Origin: Eledone cirrhosa | Lineage: Eukaryota | DNA: 64,000 bases | Assembly (NCBI GenBank): GCA_964016885.1 | Contig: OZ024741.1 | Span: forward strand, 176,390,001-176,454,000 | Reading direction: 5' to 3' | Shown: in pieces, positions 1 to 12,112 of the stretch | How the letters are laid out: the number at the start of each line of letters is the position of its first letter | Numbering within the stretch: the stretch's first letter is position 1 | The notes under the pieces: model-generated | Database searches by the model: none | Told to the model about the DNA's origin: nothing | Seen by the model: only the letters and a program-made list of their open reading frames with translations | Position numbers and translations under genes: made by a program

Positions 1-520
1 TCTTTTTGAAAACAATAAGTGCTAAGTTGAGGAGTACAGGTGTGATAGAAGGATACCACCCTTCGATGCCGAATTGTTAGTTCGGTGAAATCCTTCGGTC
101 ACCCTGTCAGAGTTCACCCAAAGAGGGAACTTCAAATATTTTCCCACCTGTGGTAAAATGCTATATATGCAACCGAAAGTGGTAATATCCGATCATAACC
201 AGCAAGTGAATCCAAACCAGCCCTATCAAGTCTAGCAAGTATTGCCCATATACCTAAAATCAATCTGATCTACCACATATAAAAGAAGCCAGACAAAACG
301 TAAAAATAAAACAAGCTGATAACTGCTACTGTTACGACAAACGCATTAAGACTGAACACGCCATGTTTTGGGTTTCTCTCTATATAAATATATATCAAGT
401 TCTCATATATATATATATCCTTTATATATATGTATAAATATATATATATATATATTTATGTGTGTGTCTGTATGTGTGTTTGTGTGTGTGTATATATATA
501 TATATATATACATTTTTTTT

Positions 521-995
521 TAATACTTTGGGAGGTTCATGGTGCTAATTAAAATACACGCGCCTGTTAGTTTTCATTTCAATTTATTATAAATTTCTGG
601 TTGGTTCGTTAACCAGATGGTTGTTTATATATTGTCAAAGCTCTTTCGTCACACGTTCTGTGCCCTTCTTAGTGACTCACTTTTTATTTTGCGTCTCGCC
701 TTTGTGCTGTCCTACACAAAAACACACAATGGTGTAGGACAGAAAAAAGGAGACACAGAAAATATAAACCCAGTCATTGAGGAGGTCACAGATTGTGTGA
801 CGAAAGAGCTTTGAAAATACATTAACAACCATCCCGTTATCGAACCAAACAACCAACCGGAAATTTATAATAAATTGTAATGAAAACAACAGGTGCGTGC
901 GTTTTTATTGGCATCATGAATCTCCCAAAGTATATCGTTATCTGTTTCAGCACACGTTTTCAGATAGAAAATCTTGCAAAACAAATTCAAAAACG

Positions 996-998
<3 letters not shown>
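521..998 (+). mobile_element. Old fold-back PLE 3'-end relic (same family as 14187-15417 and 32395-34205)
   Basis: Left arm (tactttgggagg...) is the diverged reverse complement of the right arm. The right arm alone carries the family tail (tgtttcagcacacg...caaattcaaaaacgaa) before (TA)n. Decayed HHR at about 772-812. Confidence 0.75.
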
Positions 999-1057
<59 letters not shown>

Positions 1058-1601
1058 CCACTGCCTTCTTCATAGGTTAGTATTAATATTTCCAATATAG
1101 ATTGCCCTATTATTATTTCATTAAATTACATCAGCAGCTGTCATTTATGTCATTTCTTTCTAAAATACAATGAGTGGTGATGGTGAGCTATCATTACGCT
1201 ACTTTAACTCAAATATTCCATTGTTTATTTCTGTTTTGGTTTTGTATACATCGGAATATTTTGCATTTTCATAAATATTAAATTATTGAAGCTACTATTG
1301 TAAAAGTGTTGATATTCATTGATTTATTTTAAATCTTATATTTAAAAAATATTTTTGTATCATTTTTGTAGTTATATAGGTATACATTTTCGTTCAGATA
1401 TAAAATTTTGTTTTTGTTTTGGCCGTCTATTAAAGAGTTCTAGTCTATTTACAAAGAATTTATATAATAAACATTTCATTTCTTGCAGCCATAAAAAACG
1501 ATATTTAAAAAACGATTTTTAATATCATATTTCCTATGATATTAAATTAAAAAAAGATATATCTACAGACATATATACATACATACATGCATATGTATAT
1601 A

Positions 1602-1636
<35 letters not shown>

Positions 1637-1920
1637 TGCCGATTGTTAGAATTTTTCCTGAAGTCGTCATCGATATTGATTTTTCTTCCATCATTCATGA
1701 ACATCATGTTAAATGTAAGAACCCCATAGTTTCTCCAAGATATCCATTATTTTTCTATTCATGTGTGTTTATGTTTATGTGTATGTGAATGTGCATTTTA
1801 CACACGCGTGTGGGTGTTTTTGTGGGCGACTGCGTCTATTGATGTGTGAAAAATATTTGAATGAGTATCTAATGGTTGCATGTTTATAGAGGTTGTATAT
1901 GAACCAGTTTGTGTGCGTAC

Positions 1921-1987
<67 letters not shown>

Positions 1988-2010
1988 CCTCTCTCTTTCT
2001 TCCCCCCCCC

Positions 2011-2060
<50 letters not shown>

Positions 2061-2062
<2 letters not shown>

Positions 2063-3951
2063 TACCCTCTCTGAAGCCGTTCTGGTTGTCGCTGAGCCTC
2101 TTCTCCATCTCAGGCTGGATCCTGTTAAGAATCATCCTGTTGAGGGTCTTTGCTACAAGTGACGTCAGTGAGATACCCCGGTAGTTGTTGGTGTTAGAGA
2201 GATTTCCCTTCTTTGGCACTGGGAAGATGTTACTGATCCTCCACTGATTCGGGGCAACTCCTTTCTCCAGTGCCCGGTTACAGAACCCCAGGATGATATC
2301 ATAAAAATCACACCTCTTCATCACCTCTGATGCCACTCCATCTTCTCCATGAGCCCTTCCCTCCTTGATCCTCTTCTTGGCTCTCTGAAGCTCCTCTCTG
2401 GTGAAGGGCTCTGTCTCAATATCCAGTTCCTCAAACAGCCGCCTGATCTCCCCAGTGCTCTGCGCTGTGGAGGGTGATTCTCCAAGTAGGGTCCTAAAAT
2501 GGTCTAGCCATTTCCTCTTCCTTTCCTCGGCCCCGTTCCCTGGATCTGACTCGAACACCGTCTCTTCCTCCCTGGGATCTCATTGATGATCATCCAGCTC
2601 TCCTTACATCCAGATCTGTCAACTGCTCTCTCCATACTTCTGATCTTCTCTAGCAGTGCCTCCTCTCTGGCCTCAGTGTAAGCGGTACAGAGTTGTTCCC
2701 TCATCACCTCCACAGTCTCCATCCTCTCCTCCGTAGGATCAGCATGGAATTGGTCCTTGGCAGCTTTAAGGTGTTCTCTGGCTGCACACATATCCTGATG
2801 CCGAGGAGGATATTAGAGGGAGCTAGAGCAAAGTGCCTTCCTGCGGTCATGGTTTTCATTGACTTTAGGAAGGCATTTGATTCTGTGGACCGTCACTGCC
2901 TGATGAAGATCTTACAGGCTTATGGAATCCCCAAGAAGATAGTGGACCTGATATCACTGCTCTACACCAACACCAAAGCCCAAATCATTACACCTGATGG
3001 GATGACAGAGTTCTTTCAGATACTGGCTGGAGTGCTCCAGGGAGATACGTTGGCCCCCTAACTTTTTATCATCGTAGTGGACTATTGTATGCGCCTTGCA
3101 CTGGAGAAACACAAGGACTCTGGCTTTACTGTAGCACCGGCTCAGAGCAGGAGAGTTAAGGCGAAAAAGGTATCAGATGCTGAATTTGCCGACGACATAG
3201 TTTTGGTGACAAATACAGTGAAGGAGGCAGAGGATTTGATGCAAGAGGTTGAGACTGTGTCGATGAGTGTGGGGCTGAGAATGAATGAGACTAAAACAAA
3301 CTATCTGGTAGAGAATGTTGAGAAGCCGGAGGGGATCGCTAATGTAGCGGGAAGCCGCTAGAATTGGTTGAGGGCTTCCTGTATTTGGGAGCAAAGATTG
3401 GGAATACAGAGAATGATGTGGTTGAGAGGAAGAGCAAAGCCTGGGCGGCGTGCCACAGCTTGAGATCAGTGTGGAAGTCGGACCTTCGTAAATACCTAAA
3501 GATCCGGCTCTTCATTGCTGTAGTGGAGTCTGTGCTGCTGTACGGGTCCGAGACTTGGACACTGACCAAGAAACTCACTCAGATGGTGGATGGGTGCTAC
3601 ACGAGAATGCTGAGGATGGCTCTGAACATTAATCAGTATACACGGAGGATGAAAAACTCAAAGTTGTATGGGAGCCTCCCAAAAGTCAGCTCAAAAGTGA
3701 CACAGAGGAGACTGAGGTTAGCTGGACATGCTCACCGACATCCAGAGTTGACATTGCACTCAGTGCTCCTGTGGGAGCCCTACATGGACACACTGGAAGT
3801 GGAAGACCAAGGTTAACGTATGTTGATGCCCTAAGGACAGACACTGGTCTGTTGGAGACGCAGGACATGGCAGCGATAATGAGGGACAGAGACCGCTGGA
3901 GAGAACTCGTCCATGGATCTCGGGAATTTTACCCGCCTTAGATAGATAGAT
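2061..3951 (+). mobile_element. RTE-like non-LTR retrotransposon, 5'-truncated with 5' inversion; pseudogenised ORF2
   Basis: Minus part 2061-2790 encodes the pre-RT region (W..HF..LL, PVPKKGNLSNTNNYRGISLTS, NQNGFREGR). Plus part from about 2789 continues with FIDFRKAFDSV, GVLQGDTLAP, FADDIVL, YLG, LLYGSETW, LRLAGH. It has stops and frameshifts and a (TAGA)n 3' tail. Confidence 0.9.
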
Positions 3952-4222
3952 ATATTGTAGTGTTGCTAATGTGAAGCATTGTGATATATGTAGTAAACGA
4001 CCGATACATAAAAAAAAACCCGGTACACTGCAGTAGAAAATTACGAAGGCCAAATGACAAATAAAACAAAACAAAACAAAATAATGTTTTACCAGTGTAT
4101 TTTAGCATGATATATCAGGACCCTGACCCCGCTTTTCAAAGTTTTCAGAGATTTCGTCCTTAACGCTTTGCAAAACACATGCGCCTGTGCGGGACTAATA
4201 AAGATGGTTACTGTAATGATCC

Positions 4223-4286
<64 letters not shown>

Positions 4287-4289
4287 TAT

Positions 4290-4691
4290 CCGGGAGAGAT
4301 GACCCCTTAGCGTTTGTCAAGGCAGAATTTTAGGAGAAGGAAAACTCTAATATAACACCTGCAGTCCTGCTGGTATCCAATGATGTTGACGTGTTCTTCG
4401 TTTTGGTAAATATCATCTTGGTTAAGAGAGTGGGACTGGCTTTGTGCAGTGCCTTTGCTCACTATAAAAGCTTCACGACACAGGCATTGCTTTCTATCTG
4501 GAGATCTCTCTAGACTTATCGTCACATGGTACCATGGACCCAGCACTATGTGTCAATCATTGTCACAAGTGTACCAGAGTTTTCAAGTCGCAGGCTGGAC
4601 TAAAAAGTCACACTCGTTCAGCGCATCGGTAGGTTGTCTCCTACATGGATATAAAGTAGTGGCCGTACTCGAAAACGAGTTGGCAGCCACC
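4290..4691. repeat. Dispersed ~400-bp non-coding repeat, copy 1
   Basis: Near-identical to 46646-47056. Both copies end at ttggcagccacc followed by (AT)n. Contains ggagaaggaaaactct, reminiscent of RTE-type 5' UTRs. Confidence 0.8.
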
Positions 4692-5529
4692 ATATATATA
4701 TAAATATATATATGTATATAAGTATAAATGGACATTAAAGTAGTTGTGTTGATATGGATTGATTCATTTATTACACACTGTAGATTCTTACAAATGCATG
4801 ATGCGTTACCTAACATGTCTATAAAATCCATATAATTACATAATCTATTTTCCACTGAACGTATGGGAAAATTATATTAAACGCGCCTAAACCCATTCTC
4901 ATATAGAAATTAACACACACATAGCTACTTACATATCCTGTAGCGCGCACACACGTATGACTCTCCGTGCACCACTCTTTTCAAATTGCAGCATACACAT
5001 ATACATACATGTTAATTTGTACTCGCCACCAGGCATATAAGTGCACATTAGGTTATGTATATCGACCAGTGTAAATCGGAATTGACCATCTCAGAATTGT
5101 AAGATGTTAATGGGATTACCAATGTTATGTATCCTTTATATATTTACTCAAAGTTTTATGCAAGACCTGAGAAGCGTTACTTGAATTTGGAGATTAAGGC
5201 AAACCCGCGTCTGTGTTTGAGGGGCCTTTGCCCAGCATGAGAAGTTGTCTTGGCCCAATGTTGTGGTTCATAGTGTACGTCATATTTCCTTTTATCGACC
5301 TGTACCTTTGGTCTATTTATTTAAAATTATTATTGTTAATGCCGTCAATTGACCGGCTACTAGTTCAGAAATTTACGTGATGGTAGGAGACGAAATTCAA
5401 ATATTTCCGCTCCTGCAATAACCACTAAGCCAACGTATCTCAAACACAAATAAACAAGTGAGTGAAAAAGCGGATATTAGAGGAAATCAGTCTCCAATTG
5501 CTGTACAAGAGAATGGTAGCATTAGGCTC

Positions 5530-6600
5530 CATTTTCCAGGGCAGCCAGAGACAATGTGGTTAATTGTTTCTTCCTGACCGCCATATATTCTGCAATGAGT
5601 ATTTTCTGTTTCATAATGTATTTTCGGTGCCTTCTTGTTGGAAGGCTTTGCTTTTGAGCTGCAATTAGAAATCTTTCTGTCTCGGCTTCTAGAACAGTGA
5701 TTGTTAACCAGCTTTGTGAATTTTTCTTCCTCAATTCTCTTTGTCGAGTATTGGTGAAACAGGATATTTTCTTGCCATCGTTTTAACATTGCATTCAAGA
5801 GATCTGCTTTGAATTTAGATTTTTTTTGCGTTTTCTTTGTACAAATTCTGATTTCGTCTATGTTTCCTTTTCCCTTATTATTATCGGTCAAATCAGCTTC
5901 TGCTTTGAATTTGTTGGCTTTCTTGAAGACAGAAAACAATTCACTGTTTTATTCATGCTCTGTGGCTGTTTGTAAAATTTTTCCTTTATTCTTCATTAGA
6001 TATTTTTGCATTCTTATAGTGGGTAGTTTTCTAGATGCATAAGTCTCCTCCCACACCGAGTTTCTTGTAGGTATAATTTCTTACATCTACTTTTAGGTGG
6101 TGCGATCCAAACGCAGCGTATATGTACTTGTGTCTGTCTAGTCACGCTAGTGGTTTTAGTATCTAAATCAGAATATTAAAATTATAGCTAATTTCTGGGA
6201 TTGCTAATTTCTGGGATATTAATTACTACCTTATTCTGATGGATTTAGTTCATTCTTAAGTAGCAATTTCATCCGTTTATGGTATATTCTTACTCCTTTC
6301 TTTCACCTGCGTGTGTTGAACCATATCTAATTTATTGATACTTAAGTATTTGTATGTCTGTATTTAAACTAATTCTCGTATCTCAGTTTCTTTATCTAGC
6401 ATCATATTAGTATTTTGCACTCGTTTTCCTCTTTTCATGTTTGCATGGGCATATTTTTCTAGTCCAATGTTAAGGTCTGTTTTTTTGTGAAACCAAATTC
6501 TGTTTGTAGCAGTGTTTCAAGTCATCTCGTTTAGTATCTGAAATAATGGTGTCAATCCCAAACAGGAGAGGAGTAGTGAAAGGGAGTCCCCTTGAAATAT
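5530..6600 (-). pseudogene. Degenerate R4/Dong-like non-LTR retrotransposon fragment
   Basis: Minus strand gives IFQGDSLS (about 6580-6600), ETERFLIAAQKQSL and CRIYGGQEETINHIVSGCP. Confidence 0.75.
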
Positions 6601-7182
6601 TTATATTTCAATTGGGATAGATCCTGTTTAAAAAGAAATCCAGCATACATTTATATCTGCAATGGTTATAATAATAATTAGTATTGTGTTATTTCGGTTG
6701 TTCTGTGTCTCTGTCGCCGTGTTCAGACCATGAACCTAGGGCAATAGAAGTTTTCATTGTAGAGAGAGCGCATATAAGTATGTGTATTGCTCATATTAGC
6801 CCAATCTTCTGTAACTCATATTTGTTATTTTGCAGGATAGGATGCGAAGATGCACGTCTGATAATTTGAGAATTAATCCTACTGATCTTATTATCACAAG
6901 AATTTGTGGTCACCCTCACATGCGGTATATCGCTATGTTTATCTCTTTCTACTTTGCCAGTTTTCCATTGTTTTTACAAATGTATTCTTGTCAGCTGGTA
7001 CAGCAATATTTATCATGCTACATGTCCTATCTGTTTTCTTTATGATGATGTCTACTCTGTTGGCAGTAATTTCATTGTTACTTATCACATACGTATTCTA
7101 CTGAATGGATGTGTTGCCATTTTCCACCATTGTTTTTATTTGATATTTATACAAGTTTGGCAGTAATGAGTGTTCCCATTAC

Positions 7183-7560
7183 TCATATTTGGGAATGCGG
7201 TTTTGCCAGCTCTGGGCATCCAGATATAAAATGATCTATTGTTTCTTCATATATATTGCATATTCCGTATAGGAGGCTAGTTACATCTTTCACTATTCTG
7301 TGTCTATGGGCCCGACCGTTTAGAGATCGGTCTTGTGCAGCGACTATATGTCCCACACTCTTTGTTTGTAGGCCGGCAAACCTGATCCAAGCCAGAGAAC
7401 CATGCTGATCAATATCATTGTCAGAAAGGCGCTCGGAGAATCTCCCATCTAGTGGTTTTGCCATCTATTCAGGCTTCATTTCCTTTGTTTGAAGATTCTT
7501 TGCTTTGATCTTCACAATTTTCGCTACATGTGCAGCATTCTAGTATTGATCTTGTTCTAT
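7183..7560 (-). pseudogene. Second R4/Dong-like fragment (zinc-knuckle region)
   Basis: SLAW...AAQDRSL...CNIYEETIDHFISGCPELAK. Confidence 0.75.
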
Positions 7561-7672
7561 ATTCAAATTCTTTCTAAATTTGCTTGCTGTTTAGATGTTG
7601 ATTTGTTGTTACTAATTATTATAAATGTTATTGTTGATGGTGTTATTATTGTCATTATTATTAATAATAATA

Positions 7673-7870
7673 TGGGCGGTTGATTGGCAGTACTGGCAGA
7701 GGGTCGGACGACATTCTTTCCAGCATAGAGTTACGTCAATTTACGGTCTGAGTTCAAATCCCGCCGAGGGTAACTTTGCTTTTCATCTAACGGGGTAGAT
7801 AAAATAAAGTACCAGTAATGCATTGGGATGATTGCTGGCTTAGGGCCAAACGTAGAACAATTATTATTAA
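7673..7870 (+). mobile_element. tRNA-derived SINE (octopus-type)
   Basis: A-box-like TGGCAGTACTGG, B-box GTTCAAATCC, body gataaaataaagtaccagt, (ATT)n tail. Confidence 0.8.
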
Positions 7871-8295
7871 TAATGGTTTCTTATATAGGCACAAGGCCAG
7901 CAATTTTGGGGGAAGGGGAAGACGATTACATCGAACCCAGTGCGTGATTGGTAGTTTATTTTCTTGACCCCGTGATGATGAAAGGGAAAGTTAACCTCGG
8001 AGGGATTTGAAATCAGATCATAAAGGTCCGTAACTCTATGCTGCAAAGCATGGCGTCCGACCCTCTACCGATACTGCCAATCCACCGCCCTCACAATTAT
8101 TAGCAATAATAAGAATTGTTTCTACTATAGGCACAAGGCCAGTAATTACCCAGTGCATTACTGGTACTTTATTTTATCGACCCCGTAAGGATGAAAGGCT
8201 AAGGTAACCTCGGCGGGATTTGAACTCAGAATGGCAAGGGTCGTGACTCCATGCGTCAAAGCATGGATCCGACCCTCTACCGATACTGCCAATCT
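7871..8295 (-). mobile_element. Two tandem SINE copies
   Basis: Reverse complements of the same SINE (ggtactttattttatcgaccccgtaaggatgaaaggc...gatttgaactcag...tactgccaatc) at about 7871-8092 and 8115-8295. Confidence 0.8.
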
Positions 8296-8374
8296 AATGG
8301 CATCATTTATTGGCCACAAGAACCAAAATATAGGGGACAATACAAAGGCAGAGACAGTGCGAGTTATCTCTCTC

Positions 8375-8426
<52 letters not shown>

Positions 8427-8489
8427 TTAGTTATACTATTTATGGTTATGTAAACACAAAACCTTAAGCAGTTGTAAGTATTTTACACA

Positions 8490-8694
8490 CACCCTAAATA
8501 GTTTCTACTATTGGCACAAGGCCAGAAATTACCCAGTACATTACTGGTACTTTATTTTATCGACCCCGTAAGGATGAAAGGCAAAGTTAACCTCGGCGGG
8601 ATTTGAACTCAGAATAGCAAGGGCCGTAACTCTATGCATCAAAGCATGGCGTCCGACCCTCTACCGATACTGCCAATCCACCACCCTAAATAGT
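8490..8694 (-). mobile_element. SINE with target-site duplication
   Basis: Full SINE body flanked by the direct repeat caccctaaatagt. Confidence 0.8.
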
Positions 8695-8721
8695 GGTAGG
8701 CAGTAATGTATTATATATATA

Positions 8722-8753
<32 letters not shown>

Positions 8754-8840
8754 CGTAGGTCCCGGGTTGAGTCGGGGATAACCACAGTAAGTAAGGTACT
8801 CAATACATGGCAGAGTAAATTTTTTTTATTTTATAGAAGG

Positions 8841-8891
8841 AGCTTCTACAGGACTAGTACTGTTTCATTCAGATGAAATCTTCAGGAAGCT
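8841..8891 (-). ncRNA. Type I hammerhead ribozyme
   Basis: AGCUUC-CUGAAGA-[UUUC AUCU GAAU]-GAAACAG UACUAGUC CUGUA-GAAGCU: 6-bp stem I, 4-bp stem III with palindromic ACUAGU in the loop. Confidence 0.8.
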
Positions 8892-9476
8892 GGGTGTCAT
8901 ATTAAGTTCTGGTATTTATACATTTAGGTAGTGGTAAGGGAGGGGTGGTGGAGGGGGGGGGGGTATTTAGATACATAGGACCACTTCATGGCACAGGCCT
9001 TTTTTTCTTTGGGGAGTGGTCAATTAGCCAGAGTGCTTTTAGAAAGAAATAAAAAAGTAAATAAATAAATAAATGAATAAATAAATAAACACTCTGGCCA
9101 CCTGTGGCTTGTATGTTAACTTGACCACTCACCCCAGTCTGTGCCATGATTCGGTCTTGTTAAATGTTTAATTTCTATTACCAACCCACCTAAAAAATTT
9201 CCCTACTATATATTTGTTGAATTACTTTTTTTTATTTATTTATTTTTTATTTATTTTATTTATTTATTCATTTATCTATTTATTTATTAATTAATTTATT
9301 TATTTACTTATCTATTTATTTCAAAAAGCACTCTGGCTAATTGACGACTCCCCCCCCCAAAAAAAAACGGCCTTTGCCATGAAGTGGTCCTATGTATCTA
9401 AATACCCCCCCCCAATCCACCACCCCTCCCTTGCCACTACCTAAATGTATAAATACCAGAACTTAATATGACACCC

Positions 9477-9527
9477 AGCTTCCTGAAGATTTCATCTGAA
9501 TGAAACAGTACCAGTCCTGTAGAAGCT
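9477..9527 (+). ncRNA. Type I hammerhead ribozyme
   Basis: agcttc CTGAAGA tttcatctgaat GAAA cag taccagtc ctg TA gaagct. Confidence 0.8.
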
Positions 9528-9537
9528 CCTTCTATAA

Positions 9538-9589
<52 letters not shown>

Positions 9590-9861
9590 CGGCGATGAAT
9601 TAGTTTTGCGAGGTTTTTTATATGAAATCGTGTGTCGAAACAGATATTGTTATATTTGGGGAGGGTCATATTTGCGTAATATTGCCAGAATTAATAACAG
9701 AACACACTCACTGTTTGGTTGGTTTTCGCTTCTCGCTGTCTTTTATATATATATATCTGCGATCTAACTTACTCGGTCCTCAATGTTGCCATTGACTGAC
9801 CGGTGGTCAAAAATAAAATAATACAGATACAATATAGACAAACACATATATATATAGTTTA

Positions 9862-9899
9862 CATAAATCTTTCGTTGCACATCTGCAACATCGTCAGTG
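9862..9899 (-). ncRNA. Minimal hammerhead-like motif in pLTR
   Basis: CUGACGA-U-GUUGCA GAUG UGCAAC-GAAA GAUU UA; stem I weak. Confidence 0.6.
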
Positions 9900-10153
9900 G
9901 TGTTATATTCATTGTTCCTCCTGTTGTGTTGTATGTCTACGCCATTTTTTTTGTTCAGTCCGTCTATATATTTATTTATTTGTTTGCTTGTTTGTTTATC
10001 TTATTTTATTTTGTCTTCTTTGCGCATGCGTTTGCGTGTGTGATGTGTGACTAGTGTGTATAGTGTTGTGTCTGCTGGGTGACTAGTGTGTGTTTATGTG
10101 CTTGTGTATGTATTTATTTATCTTATTTTATTTAATTTAATTTACTTATTTAT

Positions 10154-12112
10154 TTATACTTCTCTTAGGTCAGTGTTGTTTGTTTGGGTGTTGTTGTTGT
10201 TCCACTCATTCTTTCTGTTTAGCTTTGGTCTTCTAATTTCTATTTCACTGGCCTCTCTGATTTGCCTATCTGCTGGGTCATTCCTATGTTTAGATATTAT
10301 TCTAATTTCTATGTTGTCTATGTTACCGTCATGATGTTGTCTAGCATGTTCGTATAGTACTGACCCGTTTTTTCGTCCTTTTAGTTCCCCCCAGTGTTGG
10401 TCTATCCTTTCACCTATGCTACGAGCTGTCTCACCTATGTATGTTGTTGTCGTGTTTCTACAAGTACCCTCTGTACATCTTATGCTATAGACTACGTTTC
10501 TAGTTTTACAGTTTATCCGGGGGTTCACCTTACATATGATACATTTCCTATTGGTACAGTGGGTTTTCTTAAAAGGGTAGGTTTTGCTGATCAGGGATTT
10601 TATGGTGGTTCCTGGCTTTTCTACCACCTTTATTTTTAAGTGGGTCTTTCTCAGGGCCTTTCTACACTGGTTAGCTAATTTCCCTCCAGGGGTGGCGTCC
10701 ACAAACATGACACTCTGATATCTCTGGTTGTCGTACCATGATGTGGCCTTCCCTATCTTATGTCTAGCCCTATCTAAGCTATTCCATGATTTGCTCCTGT
10801 ATAGTGGGCAAATTCCTTTCATGTCCAGTTCTATGAGGGTCTTATACTTTTCCATGGCTCCTTCGTATACTCTGACTCTGTCTCTTTGGTTGTAGCCAGA
10901 GAACTGCATGCGGTTGATGAAGTGTTGGATGTGTCCTTCCATTTCTGTTGGGTTGCACATGCTGGACACATTCTTCATCACTCGTACCAAATCTGCGATC
11001 AGAATATTAAACTTAGCACTACTGGACATTGCTGAGTTTTTGAGTATCAGGTATTTGGAGGCCATGGGTTTAGCATAGTGTGAGTGGAGAATTTGGGCTC
11101 TCTCGTCTATAGTGTTAATCCAGAGTTCTGTGTCTAATACAGGTAGTCTATTGTTAGGGTGTTTGGAAGGGAAGTCTATAGTTACAGTTATACTCTGGTG
11201 TATGGAATTAGCTATCTGCTGGATGCTTTCCATCGTGCTACGTTCTAAATCAAACTTGTTAGTGCTCTCTAGTGGGGGTGTTCTTATAACTATATTGATA
11301 TCGTCTACATAACGAGAGTACATGATGAGGTCTATGGAGCTTTCATTAAGGAGATCTTTAAGTCTCCTTTCCCACCATACCATGAAAAGGTTGGCAACAT
11401 CGCCAGCTATGCTGACGCCGATGGCTGCTCCCTCATTTTGGGTGTAGATTTTCTCATTGAACTTAAATATGTGGCCCTTTAGGGTAGTTTTGATACTAGC
11501 CCCTATTGCATGTGCGACCATTTTTCTTACCTGATCAGTGTTTTGGGGGGTCCGTATAGCTTTGGTCCACCCAATCCACCTTCCTATGGGAGTCTTTTTA
11601 GCCATTGAGGTTATGGTGGGGGGTCTACCTCTTATAGGTCTACTAGGGCAGAAACATCTAAGGTCATGGCTGTCTAGGTAGTCAGTGTCGTAGGTAAGTC
11701 TAAGTAGGAGGCCCAGTTCGTCTGTGTCGACGTCGCAGAACTCCACCTCACTCTCAATGATCATCTCCACACATCTTTTCACAGCAAAATCAATGTTAAT
11801 GGATGGGTACAGTGACACCACATCCATGCTGCCTATTATGCAGTTGGATAGGCTCCTGTTTTTGTTGCACTCACTGATTCTGCTGAGGAGGTCCTCTGTA
11901 CTTTCACATACATCTGGGGACATCTTGATTATGGGGCGTATAACCATTGAGAGGAAGTAGGAGATCCTGTAGTTGCTAGCTATATTAGCTCCGCATACAG
12001 GTCTTGTTGGTGGTCCTGTTGTCGGGTCGTCGACTGTCTTGTGGTCTTTGCCGGGCCCATACAAGGGTGGTATGCCATTGTTAGACGCCTGGAAGTTGTT
12101 GGCAGTGCGTCT
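10154..12112 (-). CDS. PLE polyprotein, 5'-truncated (RT + Zn-finger linker + GIY-YIG endonuclease)
   Basis: PPLYG..KDHK, TRPV, motif A SMDVVSLYPSI, motif B GAAIGVSIAG, RYVDD, LPVLD, CxxxxCxxC, VVYSIRC..YIGET; open frame of about 650 codons. The annotated ATG at 12145 lies in the inverted arm. Confidence 0.95.
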   Translation of the reverse strand, partial: RRTANNFQASNNGIPPLYGPGKDHKTVDDPTTGPPTRPVCGANIASNYRISYFLSMVIRPIIKMSPDVCESTEDLLSRISECNKNRSLSNCIIGSMDVVSLYPSINIDFAVKRCVEMIIESEVEFCDVDTDELGLLLRLTYDTDYLDSHDLRCFCPSRPIRGRPPTITSMAKKTPIGRWIGWTKAIRTPQNTDQVRKMVAHAIGASIKTTLKGHIFKFNEKIYTQNEGAAIGVSIAGDVANLFMVWWERRLKDLLNESSIDLIMYSRYVDDINIVIRTPPLESTNKFDLERSTMESIQQIANSIHQSITVTIDFPSKHPNNRLPVLDTELWINTIDERAQILHSHYAKPMASKYLILKNSAMSSSAKFNILIADLVRVMKNVSSMCNPTEMEGHIQHFINRMQFSGYNQRDRVRVYEGAMEKYKTLIELDMKGICPLYRSKSWNSLDRARHKIGKATSWYDNQRYQSVMFVDATPGGKLANQCRKALRKTHLKIKVVEKPGTTIKSLISKTYPFKKTHCTNRKCIICKVNPRINCKTRNVVYSIRCTEGTCRNTTTTYIGETARSIGERIDQHWGELKGRKNGSVLYEHARQHHDGNIDNIEIRIISKHRNDPADRQIREASEIEIRRPKLNRKNEWNNNNTQTNNTDLREV

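Larger units (their letters stand above)
8755..9543 (-). mobile_element. Non-coding fold-back element carrying two hammerheads (family C)
   Basis: Inverted arms at about 8827-9040 and 9325-9543; extra tail 8755-8826 on one side only; (TA)n on both flanks; a related tail occurs at 46277. Confidence 0.8.

Noticed and set aside
1-260. Possible Gag zinc knuckle (VKCYICN)
   Set aside because: Motif incomplete, no sustained frame, and cut by the window edge.
7673-7770. tRNA gene
   Set aside because: The A/B boxes belong to a multi-copy SINE head; no cloverleaf.
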